A DNA stretch of 64,000 nt from a bacterium. Lineage in GTDB: Bacteria; Patescibacteriota; Minisyncoccia; Phycocordibacterales; Zambryskibacteraceae. Shown piece by piece: positions 1-9,521 of the stretch. The stretch is taken from positions 81,935 through 145,934 of the forward strand of contig JAUSGI010000008.1 of assembly GCA_030649135.1 (NCBI GenBank), read 5' to 3'. Under the pieces are notes generated by a model. That model was not told the DNA's origin. It was given only the letters and a program-made list of their open reading frames with translations, and ran no database searches. A program made the translations under genes and the position numbers. Numbering within the stretch: the stretch's first letter is position 1; every line of letters begins with the position of its first letter.

Positions 1-98
1 TGTTTTTCCCCAAACTTTTTGGCCGCTATAAGCAGCACAACCGCCAGACCGGAGACGGCAAAAGAGATTATAAATATCAAATCTAGAGCTGGCATGCG

Positions 99-551
99 CT
101 AATTAACGGAAAACCGCACAAAATGTCCTATTTCAGCACGCTCGCCGAATTTCTGTACGGTATTGTTTATAAGGTCGCTGATTTTTTGTCCGGGGTCTTT
201 GATAAATGGTTGCTCGAGCAGTTCGGCAGTATCGGTTGGATTCATGGCAGCTATGTGCATGCAAATATCGCGGGCGATAGATTTGAATTCGGGATTTTTG
301 GCGACAAAGTCCGTCTCGCAAAGGAACTCAATCATCACCCCGACCGTCTCACCGGTATGAATGTAAGAGACTACTGTGCCGGCTCCGAGAGTGCGGCCGC
401 CTTTCTTAGCGGCGATTTCGGCCCCTTTTTCCTTGAGAAGGATTATGGCCTTGTCTTTATCCCCCTCCGCCGCTTCCAAAGCCTTCTGACATTCCATGAT
501 GGAGAGGCCGGTTTCTTCGCGCAGAGCTTTGATTTCAGCTGTGGTAATCAT
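99..551 (-). CDS. tsf: Elongation factor Ts (short form)
   Basis: 150-aa ORF. N-terminal UBA-like 'ITAEIKALREETGLSIMECQKAL' and a 'TDFVAKN' core are typical of EF-Ts. It lies immediately downstream of rpsB, as in the conserved rpsB-tsf pair. Confidence 0.85.
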   Translation of the reverse strand: MITTAEIKALREETGLSIMECQKALEAAEGDKDKAIILLKEKGAEIAAKKGGRTLGAGTVVSYIHTGETVGVMIEFLCETDFVAKNPEFKSIARDICMHIAAMNPTDTAELLEQPFIKDPGQKISDLINNTVQKFGERAEIGHFVRFSVN

Positions 552-553
552 CT

Positions 554-1279
554 TTAAACCTTTGGTTCTGCTGGTTCCGCTGGTACTGTTTCCCTGCCTT
601 TCTTATATGCAGTCACCAACGTTTCTAGGATAAAGGCAATGCTTTGTCTCGAGGAGTCGTTACCGGGGACGGCATAGTCAATTTCGTAGAGGTTAGAATC
701 AGAGCCAGCCAGGGCTACCACCGGAATGTGCATTTTGCGTGCCTCAGCGACGGCTATGGATTCTTTTTTAGGGTCAATGACTACCAAAAACTTCGGTAAA
801 GATTTAAGTTGAGCCAGTCCTCCGAAATAAATAGTAAGTCTCTCAATCTCACGGTCGAAAAGCAGGCGTTCTTTTTTGGTGTATTTGCCTAGCTCACCTT
901 TTTCTCTTTGTTCGACAAGCTCTGCCAGCCTGGCAATACGTTTCTTGATTTCAGAAAAATTGGAGAGAGTGCCCCCAATCCACCGACCGGCGACATAAGG
1001 CATATCAAGTTCCCTACCGGCTTTCTTGATAGCTTCTCTTGCTTCACTTTTGCCTCCGACCCAAAGGGCCACGGCCTTTTCCTTGCCTTTCTCTTCCACA
1101 AAAGCTTGTGCCTTCTCCAGTTCCTTACTGGTTTTCTCCAGGTTGAATATTTCGAGATTATTTTTGGAGCCGAAAATAAAGGGTTTGGCAGACGGGTGTC
1201 TGCGAGATTTTACGAAACCGAAGTGAGCTCCAACAGCAAAAAGAGCATTCACCGCCGAAGCTTTGTTGATTTTCTCCAT
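554..1279 (-). CDS. rpsB: 30S ribosomal protein S2
   Basis: The ORF finder opens this frame at 1330, but the S2-like N-terminus 'MEKINKASAVNALFAVGAHFG' begins at an internal ATG at 1279. The rest shows S2 family similarity throughout. The stop abuts the tsf start. Confidence 0.9.
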   Translation of the reverse strand: MEKINKASAVNALFAVGAHFGFVKSRRHPSAKPFIFGSKNNLEIFNLEKTSKELEKAQAFVEEKGKEKAVALWVGGKSEAREAIKKAGRELDMPYVAGRWIGGTLSNFSEIKKRIARLAELVEQREKGELGKYTKKERLLFDREIERLTIYFGGLAQLKSLPKFLVVIDPKKESIAVAEARKMHIPVVALAGSDSNLYEIDYAVPGNDSSRQSIAFILETLVTAYKKGRETVPAEPAEPKV

Positions 1280-1322
1280 GGTCGATAAGTTTAGCAGAAA
1301 AGCCCGTCTCTTACAAGGATAG

Positions 1323-1355
1323 AAAAACACCCTCGACTGTTGCCAGCCGAGGGTG
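1323..1355 (-). terminator. Rho-independent terminator (minus strand) between the GC-rich two-gene operon and rpsB
   Basis: An 8-bp stem (caccctcg / cgagggtg) encloses a 12-nt loop and is followed by a T-run on the minus strand, seen as an A-run at 1323-1327 on the plus strand. Confidence 0.5.
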
Positions 1356-1388
1356 TGGTGACTGTTGGGTCTGCGGGAGCGCGGACGC

Positions 1389-1646
1389 TTAGCTGGGCGT
1401 TTCCTGTTTTCTTACCTTCCTTTTCTTGCGAAAAGGAGAGTCACGGTGTAAGACGGTACACCACGCCTTACCGTCGCTTCCAGCCTCGGCGCTACCAGAT
1501 ATATAGCCCCGGTAGTCTACGAGGATGTCCTCAGAGCCGGACATGCCAGGCGTGTGGTTTTCGCACCACTTGATCTCCAGCATTTCCTTCGTGGAGTCGG
1601 CATCTCCTTCACACCCTGGGCAGTAGGGGCGCGCCGTCTCGCTCAT
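1389..1646 (-). CDS. Hypothetical small Cys-rich protein (CPGC...WC...WC), possible zinc ribbon
   Basis: Strong SD 'AGGGAGGG' lies 4 nt upstream of the ATG at 1646. That ATG overlaps the stop of the upstream ORF as ATGA, a translational-coupling arrangement. The region is distinctly higher in GC than its flanks. I recognise no family for the protein. Confidence 0.5.
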   Translation of the reverse strand: MSETARPYCPGCEGDADSTKEMLEIKWCENHTPGMSGSEDILVDYRGYISGSAEAGSDGKAWCTVLHRDSPFRKKRKVRKQETPS

Positions 1647-1900
1647 AGCGCCCTCCCTGCAGTCCACAGACCAAGGTCGTAGAGACGGCGTTTGTCGAGG
1701 TTCGCGTCGTACCTACAACGACTGCACTGTACCCTGATAGACTCGCCTTTCACGAGCCCCATGATGACCATCTCGGCCTTGCAGACGAAGTGTATGGCCT
1801 GGTTGTTCTCGATGGTGATGGTTCTCGGGTTCTTCGTCTGGTCAATCCGTAGGATAGGGGGTAGGTCATCCTTATCACTCAAAAATGCTAGGAGATTCAA
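1643..1900 (-). CDS. Hypothetical protein, first gene of the GC-rich two-gene operon; start codon uncertain
   Basis: ORF whose TGA stop overlaps the ATG of the downstream gene. The first in-frame start is a TTG without an obvious SD; internal ATGs fall at residues 44 and 47. The C-terminus carries 'VQCSRCRYD'. Confidence 0.35.
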   Translation of the reverse strand: MNLLAFLSDKDDLPPILRIDQTKNPRTITIENNQAIHFVCKAEMVIMGLVKGESIRVQCSRCRYDANLDKRRLYDLGLWTAGRAL

Positions 1901-1960
1901 ATAGTTCGGAGCGGCCTAACCCCACCTTACCTAGAAATATAGAAAAATCAACCGGGGTGT

Positions 1961-2746
1961 ATGATTAGTTTTATGTTGAATAAAGAGACCCCAAAAGGCA
2001 GGGATTATAGCCAAGATATCCGTTGGCTACTCGAAGAAAAGTATCATGGTCAAATGAGTGAGGCGGCCCAGACGGACATAGAAAGAATTAAACAGGGTGA
2101 GCCCGTAGCCTATGTTATTGGCTTTGTGGATTTTCTGGGGTGTAAAATTGACCTCTCGCAAAAGACTTTGATTCCTCGAGCAGAGACGGAATTTTGGGTG
2201 GAACAAGCAATCAGAAGCATCAAGAAGGATGTTCCTACAGGGGTAAGGTGTCTTGATATGTTTGCCGGGTCTGGATGTATTGGGGTTGCCGTGCTTAAGA
2301 ACATCCCTTTTTCGACAGTAGATTTTGTGGATTGTGACGCTACAGCGATTACACAAATTGCCATCAACTGTAAACTAAATGGTATCGAAGCGTCTCGTTG
2401 GAAGGTCATAAAATCGGATGGGTTTCAACGTGTAGACGACTCGTATGATTATATTTTTGCCAATCCGCCATATATTGCCAAAAACAGAAGGAGTGATGTG
2501 GCAGAATCTGTCTTAACCCATGAACCGCGCGGAGCACTTTGGGGTGGTACCGACGGCCTCCTCTACATTAAAACTTTTCTCGACCAAGTAAAAGAATATT
2601 TGAATGAAGGGGGCACGGTCTATATGGAATTCGATACTCACCAGAAAGACGAGATAGAAAAGATTTTAATGACTAAAAGTTTTAATAAAATTGATTTTTG
2701 CCAAGATCAATTTGGTAAATGGCGATATCTCGTTTTAATTGCCTAA
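1961..2746 (+). CDS. prmC: Release-factor glutamine N5-methyltransferase PrmC/HemK
   Basis: SAM-binding '[11 protein letters not shown]' and the catalytic 'NPPY' motif are present. The gene converges on prfA. Confidence 0.85.
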   Translation: MISFMLNKETPKGRDYSQDIRWLLEEKYHGQMSEAAQTDIERIKQGEPVAYVIGFVDFLGCKIDLSQKTLIPRAETEFWVEQAIRSIKKDVPTGVRCLDMFAGSGCIGVAVLKNIPFSTVDFVDCDATAITQIAINCKLNGIEASRWKVIKSDGFQRVDDSYDYIFANPPYIAKNRRSDVAESVLTHEPRGALWGGTDGLLYIKTFLDQVKEYLNEGGTVYMEFDTHQKDEIEKILMTKSFNKIDFCQDQFGKWRYLVLIA

Positions 2747-3628
2747 ATTGGCCGCTGTGGCTTCGAGAATCGGTCCCATCTCCCCTTTCATGATTCTTTC
2801 TATGTTATGCCACGACTCCTTGAGACGGTGGTCGGTAATGCGGTCCTGGAGAATATTATAGGTACGAATCTTCTCCGAGCGGTCCGCGGTACCAATTTGA
2901 GATTTCCTGTCTGCGGAATACTTGGCCTCTTCCTCCTCCTCTTTCTTAGCTTCAAGCTTGGCAATGAGAATGCTCATAGCTTTCTCACGATTCTTTAATT
3001 GGCTTCTCTCGGCAGTAGAGCGCACATCAATGCCGGTTGGTTTATGGATAATCCTGACCGCAGTTTCGATCTTATTAACATTTTGACCCCCGGCACCTCC
3101 CGACCTGGAAGTTTCTATCTCTAAGTCGGAAGGTTTGATTTCAATGGTAGTTTTTTTGCGTAACGGCAGAATAGCCACAGAAGCAGTCGAGGTGTGGACC
3201 CTGCCCATCTTTTCCGTCGCGGGTACTCGTTGGATGCGATGTACCCCAGTCTCGAAGCGTAGTTTCTTATAAACATCCCGTCCGCGTATTTCAAACGCCG
3301 CTTCCTTATAGCCCCCCAGCGATGTATCAGAACTGTAGAGCGGGGAGACCCCCCAGCCTTGGAGAGCGGCGTAGAGGGTATACATTTCGGAGAGTTCTCT
3401 GGCAAAGAGAGCCGCCTCCTCCCCTCCGGCACCGGCACGCACTTCCAGGATAATTTCATTTGGGAACTCATCGTCTTCTCCTGTAATTTTTTCTGCCGAA
3501 AGAATTCTGTCCATCTCCTCAAGCATCATTTGTTTCGACTCCTCGTCTTCGGGAGGCAGGCGTAAAAGAGCCTTGGCTAAATAGGCAGTCTTGGGATTAT
3601 TTTTATATTTTTCTATATCAAAACTCAC
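2735..3628 (-). CDS. prfA: Peptide chain release factor 1
   Basis: Carries the GGQ motif ('[11 protein letters not shown]') and a PAT tripeptide ('RVPATE'), which is specific to RF1. Confidence 0.85.
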   Translation of the reverse strand: MSFDIEKYKNNPKTAYLAKALLRLPPEDEESKQMMLEEMDRILSAEKITGEDDEFPNEIILEVRAGAGGEEAALFARELSEMYTLYAALQGWGVSPLYSSDTSLGGYKEAAFEIRGRDVYKKLRFETGVHRIQRVPATEKMGRVHTSTASVAILPLRKKTTIEIKPSDLEIETSRSGGAGGQNVNKIETAVRIIHKPTGIDVRSTAERSQLKNREKAMSILIAKLEAKKEEEEEAKYSADRKSQIGTADRSEKIRTYNILQDRITDHRLKESWHNIERIMKGEMGPILEATAANLGN

Positions 3629-3930
3629 TTCTTCTTGCTACGACTTGTCCCGAGCTTCGTCGAGGGAACCTTTCTAGGAGTAGCTTGCGCCTGTCTTTGT
3701 TTGAAGCGTTCGACTCGACCTGCGATATCGAGCGTGCGCACCTCTCCGGTATAGAAAGGGTGGGTAGCGGAAGATATTTCTACCCGAAAAACAGGATACT
3801 CTTTCTTGTCTACTTTGGCTTTGGCGGTTTCCTTGGTCACAACCGTGGAAGGAATGATAAATTCTGTGCCATCAGAGTTATCGATAAAAAGTACCGGTCG
3901 ATAATTGGCGGGGTGAATTTCTTTTCTCAT
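3625..3930 (-). CDS. rpmE: 50S ribosomal protein L31 (type B, no Cys motif)
   Basis: Starts 'MRKEIHP' and contains 'HPFYTG', both typical of L31. Confidence 0.8.
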   Translation of the reverse strand: MRKEIHPANYRPVLFIDNSDGTEFIIPSTVVTKETAKAKVDKKEYPVFRVEISSATHPFYTGEVRTLDIAGRVERFKQRQAQATPRKVPSTKLGTSRSKKK

Positions 3931-3953
3931 TGGAACTCTATTATATCAGCAAA

Positions 3954-5390
3954 TTAGAGGTTCTGCAACGGGTTAATCATGGTCAGCTGGATGTTCGAGG
4001 CCCTGTTCATCACCTGATTTCCATAGCTTAGACCGACATTTGCTCTACCTCTGGTGTAGCAAGTTTTACCGGAGTAATATCGACAAGCGGCACTACGCTC
4101 ATCGGTAAAGTCTTGGGAGCCGGCACCAAGATTTCCAAGTAGAATAGCCGAAGCCATAATGGCATCGGCCGGGTTCCAGGGGTCAGGATTCGTCTTGCCA
4201 ACCGCCGAGGCAATCTGACTTTCGATAAGGTTCCAGGTCGAAGGAATAAACTGGGCCGGCCCCATAGCGCCACCGTATCCCGGGACACCCGCAATAGGAC
4301 ACGAAACTCTAGTCCCCAAAGCGTCTCGTCCCAGATTTTTTAAAATAGTTTGCAAGAGCGGCAGGTCACGTGTCGGGTGAATACCGTTTAAAAACATTCT
4401 GCCTGTGTTGACCCCCTTGGTCTCACCGGTGGCAAGGTTCGTGATTACACAAGAACCGACATTTGCCCCGAGGTTTGACTCTTGTTGGAGGATTGCCAAA
4501 ATAAATGCCGGTCGCACTCCCGTTTTGACGCTTGCCGTTTCGGCATATTGGAGGGCCGTACCGAAGGGAATCGCTCCGGCATCTCTTAGTGGAAAGAGTA
4601 CGGCTTTAATCTGTGCTGCCTTAGCTTGTCTGTCTGCCAAGACTTGTTCGTAAGTTTTTTCTTTGGTCTGGTTAATAGCCAGGAGGGTCTTTTTCTCGGT
4701 CTGGTCTATTTCCACTTCTTTCTTGGATGCTTCCATGGCGGCGCGGGCAGCCGCCTCGGCTTCCCTTTTTTTATTCAGAATTGCTTTCTCCGTTTCGGTC
4801 AGGGTTCTGGTGGTTCTTAATTCGGTAAATAGGTCAGCCAGCGCCTGCTCGGTGGAAGCATAGGTATCTATGTCTATAAAAAATTCAGAAAGATTCTTGT
4901 CGCTTAACATGGCCTCGACTAATGAATAAGAATTGATATCGTTTGTCTTACGCAAAATATCAGCAATGGCGTTTTTACCCTTCGTGATGCGGGTATCAAG
5001 TACTACAATTTCTTTTTGCTTGACCGCGATATCTTTTGTCAGGTTAGCTATAGCAATATTTTTCCCCTTGATATTAGCTTGGGCGGCCTTTATTTTGGCA
5101 GTAAGAGCTGCAATGTCTCTAGTAAATGAGGCGCTGTCCTGTTTAGTTTTATTGAGCGTTACCGTCCATTCAGCAATCTCTTTATTACAGGCTTCAAGCT
5201 CTTGTTCAAGTTGGGCCCGACTCTTATTGGCGATTTGGTCGGTACAGGCATCTTGAGCGAGAGCGGAGTGATAATTGGGAACAATCAAAAAGCCGATAAC
5301 GAGTATCGAGACGGAAATTATTTGGAGTGGATTAAACTGGAGGTGTTTCTTTTTTGACTTCACTTTCATTGGTTTCAATAGTTTCCTCAC
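3954..5390 (-). CDS. Membrane-anchored coiled-coil protein with a C-terminal lysozyme-like / lytic transglycosylase domain
   Basis: An N-terminal TM segment is followed by a long Ala/Lys-rich coiled coil. The C-terminal domain carries 'AILQQESNLG' and 'GPAQFIPSTW', resembling the SLT catalytic region. The start may be the internal ATG near 5369. Confidence 0.55.
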   Translation of the reverse strand: MRKLLKPMKVKSKKKHLQFNPLQIISVSILVIGFLIVPNYHSALAQDACTDQIANKSRAQLEQELEACNKEIAEWTVTLNKTKQDSASFTRDIAALTAKIKAAQANIKGKNIAIANLTKDIAVKQKEIVVLDTRITKGKNAIADILRKTNDINSYSLVEAMLSDKNLSEFFIDIDTYASTEQALADLFTELRTTRTLTETEKAILNKKREAEAAARAAMEASKKEVEIDQTEKKTLLAINQTKEKTYEQVLADRQAKAAQIKAVLFPLRDAGAIPFGTALQYAETASVKTGVRPAFILAILQQESNLGANVGSCVITNLATGETKGVNTGRMFLNGIHPTRDLPLLQTILKNLGRDALGTRVSCPIAGVPGYGGAMGPAQFIPSTWNLIESQIASAVGKTNPDPWNPADAIMASAILLGNLGAGSQDFTDERSAACRYYSGKTCYTRGRANVGLSYGNQVMNRASNIQLTMINPLQNL

Positions 5391-6003
5391 CTTCTTTGCC
5401 CTTCTTTTCCACTTCTATTTCCGAAAGGTCAACCGGTAGAACCTCTTCCTCCTTCTCTTCTCGTGGAGCCGATACCAAAGCCACCACTTCCTCCGGATTT
5501 TCTTTAAGCTCAACACCCGATGAAAGTATAATGTCTTTAGCTAGAATCTGGTCACCGAAATTGGCTAGAGGGCTTATGTCTATATTGATGCTATGGGGTA
5601 AATCTTTTGGCATCGCTTCTATTTTGAGTTTGTAGAGCACTTTTACGAGCATTCCGCCCAAATCTTTGACTGCCGGTGAAACCCCGATAAATTCGAGAGG
5701 TAATTCCACTTCTACTTTGTGGCCTTTTTCAAAGACATAGAAATCCGCATGACGAGGCACGCCGGTAATGGGGTCGAGGTCCACATCTTGGATTAGGCTT
5801 TCCTTAATACCTTCTGGTGTCTCTAGGGTCACTACGCTTGATTCCCCTGCTTCCTTCCAAACCTTTATAAAGTCAATCTTGGGAACAGAAATCGAGGTAG
5901 ATGCTTCCTTTTTACCATAAAAGACTGCGGGAACCTTTCCCGCTTTTCTGATTTGATCCAATTTATCGGCCTTATTCCGTGCCTCTGCCTTCAAGGTAAG
6001 CAT
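5332..6003 (-). CDS. rplY: 50S ribosomal protein L25 / general stress protein Ctc
   Basis: The L25 N-terminus 'MLTLKAEARNK...GKVPAVFYG' is followed by an acidic C-terminal tail. Confidence 0.8.
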   Translation of the reverse strand: MLTLKAEARNKADKLDQIRKAGKVPAVFYGKKEASTSISVPKIDFIKVWKEAGESSVVTLETPEGIKESLIQDVDLDPITGVPRHADFYVFEKGHKVEVELPLEFIGVSPAVKDLGGMLVKVLYKLKIEAMPKDLPHSINIDISPLANFGDQILAKDIILSSGVELKENPEEVVALVSAPREEKEEEVLPVDLSEIEVEKKGKEGEETIETNESEVKKETPPV

Positions 6004-6012
6004 ATCTCCATC

Positions 6013-7656
6013 TTACTCGATTGCGATGTGAGATTCAAGATACTCCAAAGTGCCGTTCACCTTCTTGCCGGGGTTGAAGATATTTTGTGGGTCGAAAATT
6101 TCTTTGGTTTGTTTGAAGAGTCCCAGTACCTTCGGCGAATACATTTTATTTAAATACGGAGTGCGGACGATGCCGTCATTATGTTCAGCAGTAGTCGTTC
6201 CCTTATACTCCGCTACTAAGTCATAAAACTTATCAGCAACAATTGGAATCTTTTTTCGCTCACTTTCTTTTCTCAAATCCATAAGCGGAATGATGTGGAA
6301 ATTGCCGTTACCCGCGTGTCCGGCGATATTAGCCTCTATACCCGCCTCTTCAAGAATTTTGAGCGCCCGCGGCAGAAATTCCGGAACTTTCTCAGCCGAG
6401 ATACAGAAATCATCCACGAAGGGGGCCGTTCTTTTACCCTTGACATGTTTTCTCAATAGATTAAACGACTCTCTGCGCATGACCCAGAATTTTTCTTCTT
6501 CAGAATCCTTTTCTATCACTCTTGACCAGACATTAAACGACTTGAGAGCTTCCATAACTTTTTTAACCTTTTCTTTTACTTCTCCTTCTGCTTGTTCAGC
6601 TATCTCTACCAAAATGATGAGTTTGGGTAAACCAAGCATTCTTAATCCAATAAGAATTTCTGGAATAAATTGCGCGGCAAATGATACGAGTCCGGTTCCG
6701 GCTTTTCTGGCAATTTCTGGCATGAAGCGGATACCTAGCTTGAGCGTATCTTCATCAAAGGTCTCGAGACTCTCTGGGTCATGGGGCAAGATAGCATTGA
6801 CCACTTGCGGAAGCTCATCCCATGATTTTAAGAAAAGTGCGACCATGTCGTGATACTTTTTTTCAGGCACTAACTTTAGTTTCATTTCCGTGACGATGCC
6901 AAGTGTCCCCTGCGAACCCACCAAAAGCTTATTTATGTCAAACACCTGGTGTTCGACATCCCAGACATTCCAAAGGTAATATCCGGCAGAGTTTTTTGAT
7001 ACTTTAGGTTTTGCTTGTGCCAGAGCTTCTTTATTATCTTCCACCAGACTGAATATCTTTTGGTAAATACTGCCCTCGAAATCTCCTTGTGCCATCTTGA
7101 CATCAAGTTCGGTTCTGGAGAGAGGCTTGACTACATACTCATTGCCATCAGCGAAAATCACTTTTGATTCCAGAATAAAGTTTTCCATTTTGCCGTAGCG
7201 TAAACTTCTCTCCCCCGCACAATTATTGCCAAACATACCACCGAGAGCGCACAAATTTTTTGAAGCCGTAAAGCAAGGCAAGATGAGTCCTTTTTCTTGC
7301 GTCCTTTGCTCAAAATCACGATAGAACATTCCCGGCTCTACCAACACAGAGGTTAAACCTTTGTGCTCGGAGATCTCAGCCATTTTATTAAGATATCTTG
7401 TCACGTCGGCGACTACCGACTCGCCGAGTGGTCCACCGGTCATATCCGAACCGGCTGCTCTGACGGTGACAGAATTACCAGGATTCTCCCCTACCCATTT
7501 GACAAGATTCTTCAAGTCTTCGGTATCTTTCGGGAATACCACAAGCTTAGGCTTCACTTCAAACAATGAGGCATCGTGCGAATATGTCTTGAGGGTCGCT
7601 TCGTCATCCGAAATATCGCCTTTAAAAAATTTCCTGACTTCTTCCGCTAAGGTCAT
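6013..7656 (-). CDS. FAD-linked oxidase (GlcD / D-lactate dehydrogenase family)
   Basis: 547 aa. An FAD-binding PCMH-type N-terminal domain ('VTVRAAGSDMTGG') is followed by a C-terminal FAD-oxidase domain. Confidence 0.65.
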   Translation of the reverse strand: MTLAEEVRKFFKGDISDDEATLKTYSHDASLFEVKPKLVVFPKDTEDLKNLVKWVGENPGNSVTVRAAGSDMTGGPLGESVVADVTRYLNKMAEISEHKGLTSVLVEPGMFYRDFEQRTQEKGLILPCFTASKNLCALGGMFGNNCAGERSLRYGKMENFILESKVIFADGNEYVVKPLSRTELDVKMAQGDFEGSIYQKIFSLVEDNKEALAQAKPKVSKNSAGYYLWNVWDVEHQVFDINKLLVGSQGTLGIVTEMKLKLVPEKKYHDMVALFLKSWDELPQVVNAILPHDPESLETFDEDTLKLGIRFMPEIARKAGTGLVSFAAQFIPEILIGLRMLGLPKLIILVEIAEQAEGEVKEKVKKVMEALKSFNVWSRVIEKDSEEEKFWVMRRESFNLLRKHVKGKRTAPFVDDFCISAEKVPEFLPRALKILEEAGIEANIAGHAGNGNFHIIPLMDLRKESERKKIPIVADKFYDLVAEYKGTTTAEHNDGIVRTPYLNKMYSPKVLGLFKQTKEIFDPQNIFNPGKKVNGTLEYLESHIAIE

Positions 7657-8501
7657 AGCATATTAAATATTTTCAGCCGGCCGAGAACCACTTTTTTCAT
7701 TTCCTCCACTCCTTCGGCCAAGAATTTATAAGGTGCTATTTCACCCGACTTAAGACCTTCCTCGATTCCCTCTTTGTAAGCAACCCTTAATTCGGTATTG
7801 ATATGAATAATTCTGATACCGGCCTTGATTGCCTCCCGAAATTCCTCTTCTTGATTTCCGGAGCCGCCGTGCAGCACCAACGGTATGCCGACAGTTTCCG
7901 CAATAGCCTGAATGCGTTCGATATTAAGCTTGGGCTCACCTGTTTTCACTATGCCGTGAACGTTACCGACGGATGGCGCAAGCATGGCCACACCGGTAGC
8001 TCTCACAAACTCAAGTGCCTCTTCAGGCTTGGTTTGTGTTTCAAGCGAAACACCTTCAGGCAGGGCATCAAGCAGTTTGGATGATTTGCCTATAAAACCA
8101 AGTTCCCCCTCTACTATTATTTCCGTATTTTTAGAACGAGCATATTCCACGACCTCTCTGGTCATTTTAACGTTTTCCTCAAGTGTTTTATCTGCAGCAT
8201 CGATGATAACGCTATCGACTCCTGCATCAATGGCCAACTTTGCCTTTTCCACGGAATAAGTATGGTCGGCGTTAATAAAAACCGGTAGACCGTTTGCCCT
8301 TGCGGTTTTTACCAAAGAAATCACCTCCTCAAGTCCGATGAAGTCCCGCTCCCCTTCGGAAACCCCGATGATGACCGGGACACCCAGCTCCTTAGCTGTC
8401 TCAACTACCGCCTTGAACCCTTCCGAGTCTGAAATATTGAAATGGCCTATAGCCACTTGTTTCTCTTTCGCCCAAGCTAGGTATTCCCTTAAAGTTTTCA
8501 T
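7653..8501 (-). CDS. fba: Class II fructose/tagatose-bisphosphate aldolase
   Basis: The ORF is open back to 8765, but the conserved N-terminus 'MKTLREYLAWAKEKQVAIGHFN' starts at the ATG at 8501. The 'HGGSG' and 'DHT' metal-binding region matches class II aldolases. Confidence 0.8.
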   Translation of the reverse strand: MKTLREYLAWAKEKQVAIGHFNISDSEGFKAVVETAKELGVPVIIGVSEGERDFIGLEEVISLVKTARANGLPVFINADHTYSVEKAKLAIDAGVDSVIIDAADKTLEENVKMTREVVEYARSKNTEIIVEGELGFIGKSSKLLDALPEGVSLETQTKPEEALEFVRATGVAMLAPSVGNVHGIVKTGEPKLNIERIQAIAETVGIPLVLHGGSGNQEEEFREAIKAGIRIIHINTELRVAYKEGIEEGLKSGEIAPYKFLAEGVEEMKKVVLGRLKIFNML

Positions 8502-8532
8502 TCTTACAATTCTATCATGATATACTTTCTGT

Positions 8533-9519
8533 ATGCATGACTTCGTAGCCATAGGCGAGACTACTATTGACGCGTTTATAAAGCTTGAGAATGCGAGTGT
8601 CAATTGCGATGTAGATAAGGAGAATTGCAAAATCTGTCTGCCTTTTGCGGCCAAAGTGCCGTATGAGTTCGTGGTCGAGGTACCGGCGGTCGGTAATGCG
8701 GGCAATGCCTCCGTGTCTGCTAGTCGCTTGGGCTTGAAGTCCGCCCTCGTTGCCAATATCGGCAAAGATAGCGATGGAGAAAAGTGTTTGCGCGCACTGG
8801 AGGCAGACGGAGTCTCGACCGAATATATCGGTATCCAGGAGGGTGAGAAAACTAATTACCACTACGTGCTCTGGTACGAAAGTGATAGAACTATTCTCCA
8901 GAAACATAGTAAATTTATATACAAACTACCGGATATTGGAGAGCCAAGCTGGGTATATCTGACTTCTCTTGGGAAAGATTCGGATAAATATCATACCGAG
9001 ATTGTCGAGTATCTTAAAGGCCATCCCAACATCAAACTTGCCTTCCAACCTGGCATATTTCAAATTGGTCTCGGTAAAGATAAGCTCAAAGATATCTATG
9101 GGAGAACAGATATATTTTTTTGTAACGTTGGAGAAGCAGAAAAAATTCTGGGCATCGATACTTTGGGCATAAACGAGCTTTTAAAACGTATGCAGGCTCT
9201 CGGACCCAAAATTGTGGTTATCACAGATGGACCGAATGGAGCATATGTCTTTGACGGTAAGGATATCTTGTTCCAGCCACCCTACCCCGATCCCAAGCCC
9301 CCTTACGAACGCACCGGAGCGGGCGATGCCTTTGCTTCGACGACGGTGGCCGCTCTGGCGCTTGGTAATGACCTCCCTACCGCTCTCTCATGGGGTGCAG
9401 TCAATTCAATGTCCGTGGTTCAACAAGTCGGCGCCCAAAAAGGTTTGCTCACCCGCCCTCAAATCGAAGAATATTTGAAAACTGCCCCTCCCGATTTCAA
9501 AGCCAAGCAAGTAAAATAA
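8533..9519 (+). CDS. PfkB-family carbohydrate/nucleoside kinase (ribokinase-like)
   Basis: Carries the anion-hole motif 'TGAGDAF' and the ribokinase-like fold signature 'AVGNAGN'. Confidence 0.7.
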   Translation: MHDFVAIGETTIDAFIKLENASVNCDVDKENCKICLPFAAKVPYEFVVEVPAVGNAGNASVSASRLGLKSALVANIGKDSDGEKCLRALEADGVSTEYIGIQEGEKTNYHYVLWYESDRTILQKHSKFIYKLPDIGEPSWVYLTSLGKDSDKYHTEIVEYLKGHPNIKLAFQPGIFQIGLGKDKLKDIYGRTDIFFCNVGEAEKILGIDTLGINELLKRMQALGPKIVVITDGPNGAYVFDGKDILFQPPYPDPKPPYERTGAGDAFASTTVAALALGNDLPTALSWGAVNSMSVVQQVGAQKGLLTRPQIEEYLKTAPPDFKAKQVK

Positions 9520-9521
9520 TA

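Noticed and set aside
6290-6853. 187-aa plus-strand ORF inside the FAD-oxidase gene
   Set aside because: It is an antisense, Ser-rich shadow ORF.
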